64,000 nt of DNA. Origin: Trichodelitschia bisporula. Taxonomy: Eukaryota. The notes under the pieces were generated by a model. The model saw only the letters and a program-made list of their open reading frames with translations, was not told the DNA's origin and did not search any database. Every line of letters begins with the position of its first letter. Within the stretch, counting starts at the first letter, position 1. This document shows, piece after piece, positions 47,935 through 59,579 of the stretch. The DNA is taken from NCBI GenBank assembly GCA_010356995.1, contig ML996688.1, positions 806,001 to 870,000 on the forward strand. Direction: 5' to 3'. The position numbers and the translations under genes were made by a program.

Positions 47935-49284
47935 CTATCTCCGGTGCTGCGCGCCGTTCTCCAGCTCCGTCAGCGTGATTTCCATGCCCTTGTCGTTCTC
48001 CGGCCGGTAGATGGGCGCAGAGATAGTTGTGGGCCACGGGTTGTCGTTCTTCATCTTTTCGATTTCCTTGAGCTTGAGCCGGAAGCGCGTGTAATCGCGC
48101 GGCAGAAACTGGCCCGGATGGAAAATGTTGAAGATGGTATAAACAGCTGTAGAAAAACAAGGTTAGAAACAGTGGTTCAAGAGAGTCAGGATACATACCG
48201 AACAGGGGGAACATCTGAGTCATCCAGAACACCCACTCATGCAGAGAGTAGAATGCCGCCCTGTCGCCCTGGGCGTCAGATGCAATGATCGTGAACACGT
48301 GCCGCGCCTGTAAATGGTTAGATGGCGTGTTACAGTAGAGAAAGGACCACGTACTGCAAGCATGACGGAGGCAAGCACGACCGACCAACCCAGAGACCTC
48401 CAGTTCTTTGCCTCGGCATCATGATGGATGACCCAGCGGCGGCTGATCATCATAAAGCGCAGCGCCCAAACGGCATAGCCGGCATACACGAAGAACTGCA
48501 CGACCGTCGCAATTTGCATGATCTTCGTGCCCGTTGGATGTCCGTGAGGAAAGCCCATTTGACCAACTGCCTTGGAGATGTCGCAGATGGAAACAAAGCC
48601 GGCCCACATAAAGGAGATCATCTTGGGCGGCGCCATGAGGGTTTGCAGGTTGCGCCTCTCGTTAGGCGTCACCCACCATACGAGGCGGGTCATGGTGAAA
48701 ATGGTGCCAATCGCAACCAGCGTGGGTGCAATGCCGATGACTGTCTGCCCGATGATATACGGGCCCGTGGCTCCAGTCTCCTTCAGGTATATGATGGAGT
48801 GGGTGCGGGCGACCATCGCTATGACATCGAGGAGTATGGCCTGCGGCATGATGTTGAAGTACCAGCATTTGTACTTGAAGATCTGGAATGTCGAGATGAC
48901 GAGCGAGATGGTGAACATGGCGGAGCCGAAAACAGCCATGGAGAATGAAGGCGCGTAGATGTACGGGTTGATCTTTTTGAGGTCTATCGGGCCATGCGCC
49001 CCAGGCGGTCCCTCAGGCATTCCTCCAGGTGCTCCACCGGGTGCTCCATGCCCTCCTGCTGCTCCCGGCGGCATTCCTGGTGGTGCTCCCGGCGGTGCTC
49101 CGGGTGGTGGTCCGGCTGGCGCTCCAGGCGCGGCCGGCACTGGTGCACTACTCGGTATAACGATTCCAGGGGCTGACGAAGCCGGTACTGGTGGTGGTGC
49201 AAGTACGGCCGTCGGAGCGGTTCCAATCGTCGGTACCGGTGCAGCGGGTACCGTACTGCTCGGTGTAGGGGGAAAAGATGCCAT
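47935..49284 (-). CDS. RTA1-like (lipid-translocating exporter family) 7-TM protein
   Basis: Exons 49284-48355, 48307-48199 and 48146-47935. Motifs YIYAPS, GPYIIGQ..IAPTL, HEWVFW, IFHPGQFLP. Pro/Gly-rich N-terminus. Confidence 0.8.
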
Positions 49285-51477
49285 TGTGGATGTTGTGATG
49301 GGGCCCGTCGTCAACGACGAGACGAACGATTGGCAGTGTCAGGGACGCTACTTAAGGAAAATCCGCACTAGGACGGAAGAAAAAGAAGAAAGGGAAAGAG
49401 TGGAGATGTTAAAACTTGAATTGTAACTTCAAATTATGAATCCGGTTCAGTGGGGCATATGCCCCCTTATACGCAAGGCCCTCCGACGCACATGGATATC
49501 ACGAGTATCGCGGGCCATAGCACATTCACAAAGAGGGTGGGTGGTAACAATTGGCTCAGCGAACCAGAGTTTATTGAACCAGTCTGCATGAGGGGTTTCA
49601 CAAAGATCGGTGCCAACGTTGTAGGGCATGACAGATCTGGTGATGTGAAGCAGTGGCGCGGCAAGTGCGATATGGCAGCCATAACCTGAAACGGAAACGG
49701 AGAAGGAAACAAGCAAGGAATCCTGACCATTCGATCGAGTGCACAGTCCAAAATCAAGAGCAGCGTGCTCTGGAAACCGTTTTCTGGAAGAGGGGGATCC
49801 TGAATCTCAGATATTGAGGTGCATAGAGGATGAGCTTCTCAAGTCTGGTTGACTATGGTTGGGCTGTCCTGGCCTATCGCGGCTCCGCATGCCTGTTTCT
49901 GTGCATTCTGGTGAGGTGGGAGGAGGGGTGGGGGCCAGTGCTGAAGAGAGTTTGCGTTCGAAACCCTACCGTCCGCAACATTTCTACCAGAGCGGGTTGA
50001 GGGGATACCGATGTGATGGTTTTTGCGTACAACGGAGTATTGCGGATTGCTGCACATGTTCCCTTGATGACGCGACCAACTCGTAGTCGCATTTAGCTTA
50101 CCAGTGGAACTGGTGCAGTCTTAGCACTCCACTGTGAGGGTGGGGGATAGGAGATGAGGGTGGGCAGGTCACAGGAGAATGCTTCCCCGGCAAAGTGCAG
50201 ATAGCATCCCATCCAGCTAGTGCAGGATGGGCCGACGGTTGAGCGGTAGAACAGAAGAGCACTATCACGACGACCGGAAGTTGGAGATTGCAGCGGATGC
50301 AAAGTTGGTAGGTGGTTGCTGGTCGTGGTACTTTGGGATGGGGTTGACTTCCACGGAACGGTGGAGGATCAACAATGTTCCGGTCAATCACTCCATCTCC
50401 ATCTCATTTGGGTTTGGCGTCCTTTCAACATCCAACACACCAACAGCCGTCCATCTCTGCCTTGCATCTGCCCTCCTCTCCCCTTCCCCTCCTTTCTCCT
50501 TCCCTTCTCTGCCATTTTACTCTATCATCGCAGCTTATTACATCTCATCTCTCACTCACATCCCACCACCCTCCTCAATTTGTGCAAATTCTGTGCATCA
50601 TGGAACCATTCCCCCACCTCCTCCCTCCCCCAGTTTTCTAAATTGCCGCAAAGCATTCTCCGACTCCCCTACCCCTCCCACCCCACAATTGGCAGGCCGA
50701 TCAGCACTCAGTTCTTGCTTGGGGGTCCGTTGATCTGGTCCCCACGAACTCCTTGCGGGACAGTTAATACAAAGTCTCGTTATCGCATTTCCGTAGCGGG
50801 TGATCCCCGTGCGGCTAGCTATCAGGCATATTGAGCCTCTAGAACTAAAACGCCCTAGGATAGCGCCTTCATACGACTCAGTGGCTCCTCTGCGGATTGG
50901 GGCAAATATTCCCATTCAGCCTCTTCTTTGCCTGAGTCTGGCTCCGTTCTAGCCATCGAAGCATGTCGTGCCTATATAGTCGCCACCTTGACCGGCACTT
51001 TGGGTCTGGGGACGCCACCGGCCTCACCCGCAGCCTTACTCACTCGAGTCTGCTGCAGGAATCCGAGGAACCCCGCAGCCGTGTTGCCTACAACTTACTA
51101 AGCAGCTGTCAGTGGTCAAATCGATGAGCAGGAAGTCGATCTTCGACTTTCAAGGCTCTAAGCCCTACGCATCGGGGCATTCGATGATGCAATACCATCA
51201 CGTTACCCGGACCTCCAACATCTTGTTTTAACATAGCCTTTCACAAGCCCCCCCCCCACCACGTACCACGGATCACAATCTTTATAGCTCATCTATTCAA
51301 TCGCACGTTCTACTCCCTCTTGGAAACCTGACCAACGTCCGCGCCCACCGTCCATCTCCCACCAGAGATCTACGGATTTTCGTTTCGCAAACATTCCAAA
51401 CACCAAACACCCTAGCACCAACTCGCACACGCTCCCAACAGATAAACCCCCCAAATTAATTAATCGTTCTCACCACC

Positions 51478-52700
51478 ATGCCCAAGCTCTTCGTGTCTGC
51501 CTCCCTTCCATTAGCGGCTAATCACCCGAGCTTGAACGCAGGTTGACGCCCCACAGGACCGGTGCGACGGGCTACATTGGCGGCGACGCCTTGTTCGCCA
51601 TCCTGGAGGCCCATCCCAAGTATGAAATAACCTGTCTCGTGCGCAACTCTACGAAGGGCGCCGCGGTGGCAAAACAACATCCGACAGTTAGACTGTATGA
51701 GTCCACCACCCCATACACAGCCATACCTCCACGCTAACCGCCCTCTCCGGACCTAAAGCGTATATGGAGACCTCGACAGTACCAACCTCCTTGCCACTGA
51801 AGCCGCTGCCGCCGAAATTGTCTGCCGTAAGTCCACGCCGGAGCCGCGTATACCCCCTAACCCGGTACCGCAGACTTCGCACATGCCGATCACGAACCCT
51901 CCGTCGAGGCGTTAGTCCGCGGCCTAGCCTCCACGCACTCCACCAGCAAACCGGGGTACCTAATTCACACCTCCGGCACCGGCAGCTTGTCCGTCTACGA
52001 CGCACAAGCAGAGCTCTACGGTTCCTACGCCGAAAAGACCTTCTCCGACACTTCCGACATTGCCGAACTCACCTCGCTCCCCGATACCGCCTCGCATAGG
52101 AACGTAGAGAAAGCCATCCTCGCATCCCCACCTTCCGTGCACACTGCCATCGTCTCTCCGCCTACCATCTACGGCACCGGTCGCGGCGCCGGCAACCGCG
52201 CCTCCGATCAAGTCAACAAGCTAGCCGCGCATACGCTTACGCGGGGGCGGGGATTCACAGTCGGCGATGGCGAGAACCGTTGGTGCGAGGTGCACATCGC
52301 CGACCTAAGCAGGCTGTACGTGGCGCTCGTCGAGGCCGCCGCTGCGCGCGGCGGCCACGCCACCTGGAACGCCGAGGGGTATTACTTCGCTGAGGCAGGC
52401 GAGTTTGCGTGGGAGGAGGTCGCGAACGCGATTGCCCGAGCTGCTTTCGATTTCGGTTTGATTAAAACCGACGACGTCCAGGCGCTGACGAAAGAGGAGG
52501 TGGATGAGATCGAGGCGGCGGAAACTCCGCTATGGGGGAGGAATTCGAGGTGTCGGGCTGAGCGGGCAAGGGAGTTGCTTGGGTGGCGGCCCGTGGAGAA
52601 GGGTCTCATGGAGTTGGTGCCTGAGATTGTAAGGGGGGAGGCGGTGCGCCTAGGATTACTGCCTGAGGGCCATAAAGCGGTGGCAGCGGGGGAGGCATGA
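51478..52700 (+). CDS. NAD(P)-dependent epimerase/dehydratase-like atypical SDR
   Basis: Four exons. Rossmann motif TGATGYIGG, plus LIHTSGTG, IVSPPTIYG, VHIADL and ARELLGW. Confidence 0.88.
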
Positions 52701-54007
52701 GCGAATAGGTGGTGTCATGCGGGACCTGAGAGGGAGGAAGACTGTTGTGTTCTGGGCTGGGCTGGTGAGCCTGCCCCCGCGAACCCTTCAGTGCAAGGTA
52801 TATTGAGCAGCGTGGATCGGATCCGTGCTCCCCGTTTCACAAAAAATAACCCTCCTTACCCAGAATGCGATAGCACGCCTGTTATTCATCTACGCGCTCG
52901 AAAATCCCCGCGGTCCTGCCTGCGTCGTGCGATTGGCGGCGAGCACTGGTTCCTGGTTCCGCGGGGTTGTGAAATGGGTGCAATTTAGAGCGGTGGCGTT
53001 GGATTGCGACGTGAGTTGGATGGGCACGATCTGCTGATCTGCTTAACGCTGCTATGGCTTTCGTGAGCTGGACTCACGCATTCGCCCGCATATGACGCCG
53101 GCTTGACATGGGCCGAGCCTGGCCGTAAGTCGGTATGGATTTAATCCGTGGGTTGGACACTTGCTCTGACAGACTGGGATGTGTAGAGTGCGCGTCCCAT
53201 CGTGGAAGGCCAATGCATGCGCATCTAGACGCATGTAGATCGTAGGATGCCAATGCTGCACACCCGCTTTGCAAAAGTGAGCCCACGAGGGCACTAGAAC
53301 CGACTCCCCCGGATCGTTCACCCATCAGTAGATCTCGGCGACTCACACCGTCGTCTAAGGCCCAACTCGGGAAGCAAAAGCGATGGCGAGGAAGCGATCC
53401 ATGGTTCTTGATCGCATTAGCCCCTCTGGTAGATCTAAGCCATTGGGAACGGCGTAATAGAGAATAGGTTTTGGAACGCGCAGGGCAACGAGTGCAAAGT
53501 GGAAGATTGTAAAAAGACAAGGAGATGAGAAGGAGAGGCAAAGCCGTGCTAGAATTATCCAAGTCTCCAGGTGCACCTTCCCCCGAGGATGATGGTGCTC
53601 CTTCTGGTGTTAGTACCTTACCTTACCGGGGTAAGAATGCTCCTTCCAACAGTGAGGTATGCCTGTCTGCCTTGGGTTACGTCACGGCATGCGGCGAGGT
53701 CCTCAAAGGCTTCAGCCCAGCATCGGCAGCATGAGGCCAAGACGGCACCCCGATGCGCTATCGACGCGGGGCACAAGCCCCTGCTGGATGAGCGGATCGG
53801 TCCGTTTGTAGCGGGATTCTGAGGATCGGAGTTCGGATGGCTTACTCCCTTCCTTTCGGGTACAGTTGGCGGATCACCACAACTATGAATGCTGGTGGAT
53901 AGAGCGGTGCTGGGAAGAAAATGATCGTATTAATGTCATTAGGGTATTATTTGAGGCTCGGTGTTTGCATTCTAAAAGCGTGGACCGCTCGTAAGGCGCC
54001 TCAGCCT

Positions 54008-56096
54008 TCAGCTCTTTTCTCGTTTCACAGCTTCATACTCTGTCGACGGATTAGCTTAGAGAGCACCCAGCAAGGCTGTCATACCTTTCAGCCACCGCTT
54101 GACAAACGCCGTCTCTGTTTCTTGCGCCTCCTTCACCGGTGCAGGAGGTAACGCATTTGTAGTCTCATTCGGAAAAAGACCGTTCTCGTCCCCTGAGACG
54201 AGTTAGTACGAAGCTGCACGACCTCCGGAACCTATTTACAATGATGCACAGCTCCCTCAATCAGGATAAACGGCCGCTTCCAGGTGCTGAGCCTCGGGCG
54301 TGCTCTAGGGGCATGCACACCCGCCCATCGCCACGGGTCTTGCTCGCTGTATCACGGTTAGTCATGGTAATCGGACGCAAGGGTTTGATACGCACCCATC
54401 AATGAATGCGAGGTGGGGATAACTGATATCGAAGCCACCGTACTTGTTGATGGCCTCCACGTCGGGAGGGCTGGTGATGTTGAATGCTTCGCGGCAGATG
54501 ATCGAGCTATACTCTACGTCTATGGTCCGGGAGACGATGGCTGGGATGTACTCTGGAATCCCACTCCCGGTTTGGAAGTATCCCCATCTGGATTTAGATC
54601 AGTATACGGTCTTAGTAGCTCAGTCTAGAGACGAACTGTGTGCAGTATTGATATGCCCAGCTGCGCCATTGCTGCTTGATATCGGTCTGGTGATAGTACG
54701 TCGAGTTGTGAGTGCCGTAGCATTTATCAAGCGTGGAGTTCGACTCCAGGCAGGATATGACCAGAGTGCCGTTGGCATAGCCCACGAGATTCAGCAGATG
54801 AGTAGTGAAATTCGACGAAAAGTCTGTCTCACCGGAGGCCTCAATCAGGTCGACTAAAGCGGGTTCCAAGGATATTGTCCAGGAATACAGCAACTTGTCA
54901 CTCGTGATGTTTCCACAGTATTCGCTGAATGTGGGATCATTAACCTCCGGGTCCCAGTTCCGGCCTTGCCAACCGCCGATTCCATAAGTAACCAGGGCGG
55001 AAGCAAAGTCCGTATCGTCGGTGATGTTACTCAAGCCGAATGTTGACTTTAGACTTTGGATGAGACTATGGTTCTTCCCCGTAAGGATGGCATCCTCAAA
55101 ACGGACAAATTCTTGAGTGGCCTCGATACAAGCTGGCGGCCCGTAGATTCGAATGGGTTCCCAGTACTGCCAGTAGTCGATGATGGCCTCCGTGACCCCC
55201 GAGGAAGAAATGGCACCCCAGAAGACATCAGGATAGAGGGTGCGAAGAAAGGCAACGTAGCCTCCAGCGTACGAGCCTCCGTAGGCAATCCACGGCGTGC
55301 TTTTGGCGGTCAAATCGGAATTCTCTAAACCCTCAAAGACGACGTTCTTAGCAAAGAACGCCGTATCGGCCAATGATTGCTCGGTGGTTAAGAACCGGAG
55401 GCTCTCAGTCGTGAGGTCTGAAGTTGGAAAGCTTTTCCCATAGTAGCGATGCTCTAGAATCACACCAACGCCGTTCGTGGCTTTGGCAAGTTGATGAGCG
55501 ATACCCTTCTGAAGATAGGGAAATCGATCTTCGCCTCCGGTCTCGCCGCTGGCAAGCAAAATGACGGGGCCACCAGGCTTGTAGTACTGGGCGTCGTACC
55601 AGTAACGTAACTGGAACGTGGCATTGCTGTGCGGCGCATACTGGGGGTTGTCTTGAAAATGGTCAACTGGTACGGAAATGTTGAAAGCTTTGAAGGTTGG
55701 TCCGGGTTCCGCATCTGGCGCTTGCTCTGGAGTGTGCGATGTCCGGAATACTTGAATCTGTACCGTGTTAAAATCAAGATAATCAGGACGGTTAGGACAT
55801 CGATGAAATGCAACCATTTGCGAAAGGCCATTGAAGACGACAAGCTTGAGGTAAGGCCAATGTGCCTTGAAGCATCCGTTCACGGCATCTTCCCGATCAA
55901 GCCTCAAACGTGAAGCTTAAAGCGGAAAGGGCTAGGGGTTTACTGGAATACGTAGATACTTTTAAGAAAAGACGTGGAGCGTTACCTTCCTCTGTTGGAG
56001 AGTACCAGGCCCAAGTCGATGAGGACTGAAGCTCGCTTTAGCACAACTAACCCACAACACCGCGAGGAGCAGCCATCTGGTAAGAGTTAGACCCAT
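54008..56096 (-). CDS. Secreted serine carboxypeptidase, family S28
   Basis: Six exons; exon 1 (56096-55986) encodes a signal peptide and intron 1 is 228 nt. Motifs VDHF, LEHRYYGKS, GGSYAG nucleophile elbow, WAYQYCTQWGYF, DGEQDPW, GAVHHWD. Confidence 0.92.
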
Positions 56097-56965
56097 GATG
56101 GAGATGGCTCATTGACCCCAAGTTGACGGCGCAGACAGCAGCGGGCAGCACTCATAACGACATGAATGTACCGGGAAGGACAGGGTGAATGTAACCCACC
56201 AGAGTCATCGACTGCGATGATCAATGCAGAAGCAAACAGTTCTACAGCAAACCACCAAGCCGGCACTGTCCGCAGGCAGGATCCGCAAACGCCCAGAAGT
56301 CACCTCCCATTGTGAGTTAGTTCCTCCGCGGGGAAATGCGCCACGGCGGCGCAAATCCGCAACTCCATCCCGCCGGCTGCTGTAGCCTTGCAGCAGTTTT
56401 CCACGAATCCTGGTTGCCGGCATGGAGACCTTCCTGCCGTCCGGGCTATCAAATTGTCGTCCTTGGTTTTCCCGGAGGACCTCGGGGCCAATAAGGGAAG
56501 AGGTCCTGTGGGCAATTCTGAAATCTCAGAATTGCTATTTTCCCGTCGAACTCCAGGTTGATGTGAAGTCGCACAATATGCCGTCCTCGGCATGGCACGA
56601 CCCTTGCCCCACAGGTCTGGAGCGATAGTCGTTGATCCTATCAAAGTTCTAGTTCCCCCGACGAATTTCTATATTTATCCGCTGGTATATTACCAGCCGC
56701 CCTCACCGAAACATCGCTCTTGCACAGCATGCTCATGTTCCCCCAGGCGGTCGGAAGAATTATGAAACTCGACGGTAGCGTGACCCTTTTCTAGGTGATC
56801 CCAAGGGTCCTTCACAATGTACGGTAGAATCACCCGAGGCTGAAATGCTAGGCTTCACACATGTCGCGAATGGAGAATGTAAGTTCCGATCAATCCTGCG
56901 ATTGATTCAAATACATGTCCGATCTATGGATCCTATCTATATATACCGCCTCCCGTGTTCAGATC

Positions 56966-57745
56966 TCAGAGCTTTGACAGCACAGCTTCGGCGCCGGAGA
57001 CCTGCACTAGTTAGCCAAGTCCTGTTTCGCGGGGCGGTCGAGACCTACCGTAACGCCGCGGCCCGGCTCATTCTCCGCATACTGGATAGTGCCTGAGAGT
57101 AGATCATCAGCGTCAATCCGGAATAACATCATTGCCGTTGCAAGACCTACCATCCTTATCAATGACAATGGCCCAGCGGCCGTTGCGCTCGCCCATGGAC
57201 CAAGCATGGTTCTTAGCGAAGAAGGACTTGGTGTCACTGAGGAAGAGCTGCCAAATACGTGAGCTTACGCCCGAATCACGGACTGTATCTGCTTCCGACT
57301 CACAATATCGTCGCCCTGGACGCCATTGACCTTGGCCCAGGCGTTCATGACCCAGGCGTCATTGAACGCGATAACTGCCACAATGTCGACGCCCTTGCTC
57401 TTGAACTCGCTGAGTTTCTTGATGTATGGGGGAAGATGGTTCGCCTGGCAGCCGGGGGTGAAGGCGCCTGTGATGGGGAGCTTCGTCAGCACGATGCATT
57501 GAGAGATTGCTTGCGGGTGTCCTACCCGGCACACTAAACAGAACCACCTTCTTGCCAGCCCACTCTTTGCTCGCATCGTAGTCCTGAGGCATGCCACAGA
57601 CGGTAGGATCGTTGTCAGTTACCGGGACCCAACTAGAGGAAGACAACGTCAGTCGAAGCTCGAAAATTGCGGCAGCGAAGATGTATGGAGCTTACGTGAA
57701 AGCAACATCCTCGGGGAACTTGTCGCCAACCTTCAATGGTGCCAT
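56966..57745 (-). CDS. AHP1: Peroxiredoxin Prx5/Ahp1/Asp f3 type, peroxisomal (C-terminal SKL)
   Basis: Multi-exon gene. Motifs [16 protein letters not shown] (peroxidatic Cys), N-terminal CGMP Cys, [13 protein letters not shown]. Ends VLSKL*. Confidence 0.93.
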
Positions 57746-58218
57746 TTTAACGTCTTTAAAGTGAACAGAAGCGAGAATGTACACGATGTGTTAAAAGTGT
57801 ACCTCTCAAGCTCGACAGGTGCTCGTATGCGGAGAAGCCGAGTGAGGGGTTGTTTGAGGCGGGGTAGTTCGGCTCTTGCCCGACCAGCTACGCAACTAAC
57901 AGCCCCGCCCATCACGTCAGCTTCCGCCATGCCGTTCCTGCCGCTCCAAGCTTTGGCCGTAACCTTTCGGCCTGTGCGGCGTGGGATGATTAGCGTACTG
58001 TATGCAGTGACGCAGCATGAGCCTAATTCGCTGACAGAACCGTACGATTCTCCCTTGAAGCTGACTTATGATAGTAATACGCTGAGTGTGCTGGCGGAGC
58101 CGCATTGCGGCAAGTGGAGCCCGCTGGAGGATAACCAAAACCTGCCCGCCAGACTATATAACGGGTCTTCGTAACTATGATGCGCCGGCACAAGGCCTGA
58201 ACCAGTAACAACGCAATC

Positions 58219-58717
58219 ATGCTTCGTCCTCCATACACCGCAGAGACAGCCGCACAGAAGGTCAAGCAAGGGCAGGGCCTATGGAACTCCCAGTGAGTTT
58301 AGCAAGTATCCCCAACACCACTAGCTGAATGCGCATAGGGATCCCCCCAGGATCTCCAAAGCCTACACGGACGATAGCATCTGGCGGAACCGTGACACAT
58401 TCCTACGCGGGACCAACGAGATTGTGGAGTTCCTCACCAAGAAGTGGCAGAGGGAGAAAAGCTATCGCTTGCGGAAGGAGCTTTTTGCGTTCACCGACAA
58501 CAAGATCGCGGTTCAGTTTTGGTATGAATATCAGGACGCTGAGGACGGAATGAAGTGGAAAAGAACCTATGGGCTTGAGGATTGGACCTATAGCGATGAC
58601 GGGCGGATGCGAAAGCGCCAGATGAGTGCCAACGACGTGGAGATTGAGGAGAGCGAGCGGTGGTTCAAAGATGGCGTTGACGTCAACACTGTGGACATAA
58701 GCGAGAAACACTGGTAA
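58219..58717 (+). CDS. DUF1348 / SnoaL-like NTF2-fold protein
   Basis: Exons 58219-58292 and 58339-58717. Motifs PPYTAETA, WRNRD, LTKKWQRE, YRLRKELFAF, IAVQFWYEY, RTYGLEDW, MRKRQMS. Confidence 0.88.
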
Positions 58718-58825
58718 GGGGCATCTTTCTCCTCCGCTCCGGCAGTTTAGCAAGCTCTAGTTTCTTGCCAGAGAGTCGGGGCGATCAAGTTCTCCGTACG
58801 GGTAACAGCGTTCGATTTTCAAAGA

Positions 58826-59329
58826 CTATGCTGGTGGGGTATCATGAATGGCCACAAGAATGTACTTTGCACCTATTGTCTGTTAGCAGCGGTCAGGCAG
58901 GCTTCCAGGGAGCTATACTTGGGACAATAACGAGCTCGTTTTTCTTCGTCCTAACCCTCAAGAGCTTCACTTCCTCCTCCGCATCTATGCCTCCGGCAAG
59001 AGTACTCGCTGTCTCAACGAAGTTCAGGACGAGGCGTGCAACGTCCTCTGCATTATGAAGACCGCCCTTGGTCAGGCCATTGGCGTAGCCCTCAGCTGGA
59101 TCGTCTTGTGAAGCTGGGAGTATGCTGTCGGGGTTGACTTCGCTGCTCTTCGAAACAAGCCCGGAGGTTGATATTATGGCGCCGCTTTCTCTGGCTAGGA
59201 GGAGGGTGCTCTGGACGCCAGGCTTCTGGCCCAGTCGCGTCACTTGCGCCAGCATTTCTGCGCGCTGCATTGTTGATTAGCGGAGTCGGTGTTGTGGGGA
59301 GATGTCAAACTGACGCCGGAGTCACCCAT
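58826..59329 (-). CDS. Roadblock/LC7-family dynein light chain
   Basis: Three exons, the first only 15 nt. Motifs RLGQKPGVQSTLLL, VKLLRVRTKKNELVIVP, KYILVAIH. Confidence 0.82.
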
Positions 59330-59579
59330 CGTGACAGACGTGCCCTATAAGAAGACGCTGGTGCTATTTGAGGGCAATGTCTCGGGCTGCAATTAAGAGA
59401 CAATGCTTTTCATGGTACTTTGAGTCGTTCGACAGTTGGGCACCGTCTAGAACTAGTTCTAGCTTTCCGCTGCACTTCAACTCGTAGTCCAAACGCCTAT
59501 GGCTCACGTGCCGACGCGACGTGTCAAGGGTCAATTTCGAGATCTGCGGGCAACCAAAACCTCCGCCGGAGTCATCGCC

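Noticed and set aside
48322..49426. Long plus-strand ORFs (208, 128 and 155 aa)
   Set aside because: Antisense to the GC-rich RTA1 coding sequence.
40672..52700. IMPDH as a self-resistance gene in a mycophenolate-like cluster with MFS, RTA1 and SDR
   Set aside because: No PKS, NRPS, terpene synthase or prenyltransferase lies in the window. The IMPDH keeps Tyr in PGQYF, hosts snR54 and has a housekeeping-type promoter, so it looks like the primary copy.
55758..55907. N-terminus of the listed 431-aa ORF (MRLDRED...)
   Set aside because: It lies within intron 1; the upstream exon at 56096-55986 supplies a proper signal peptide.
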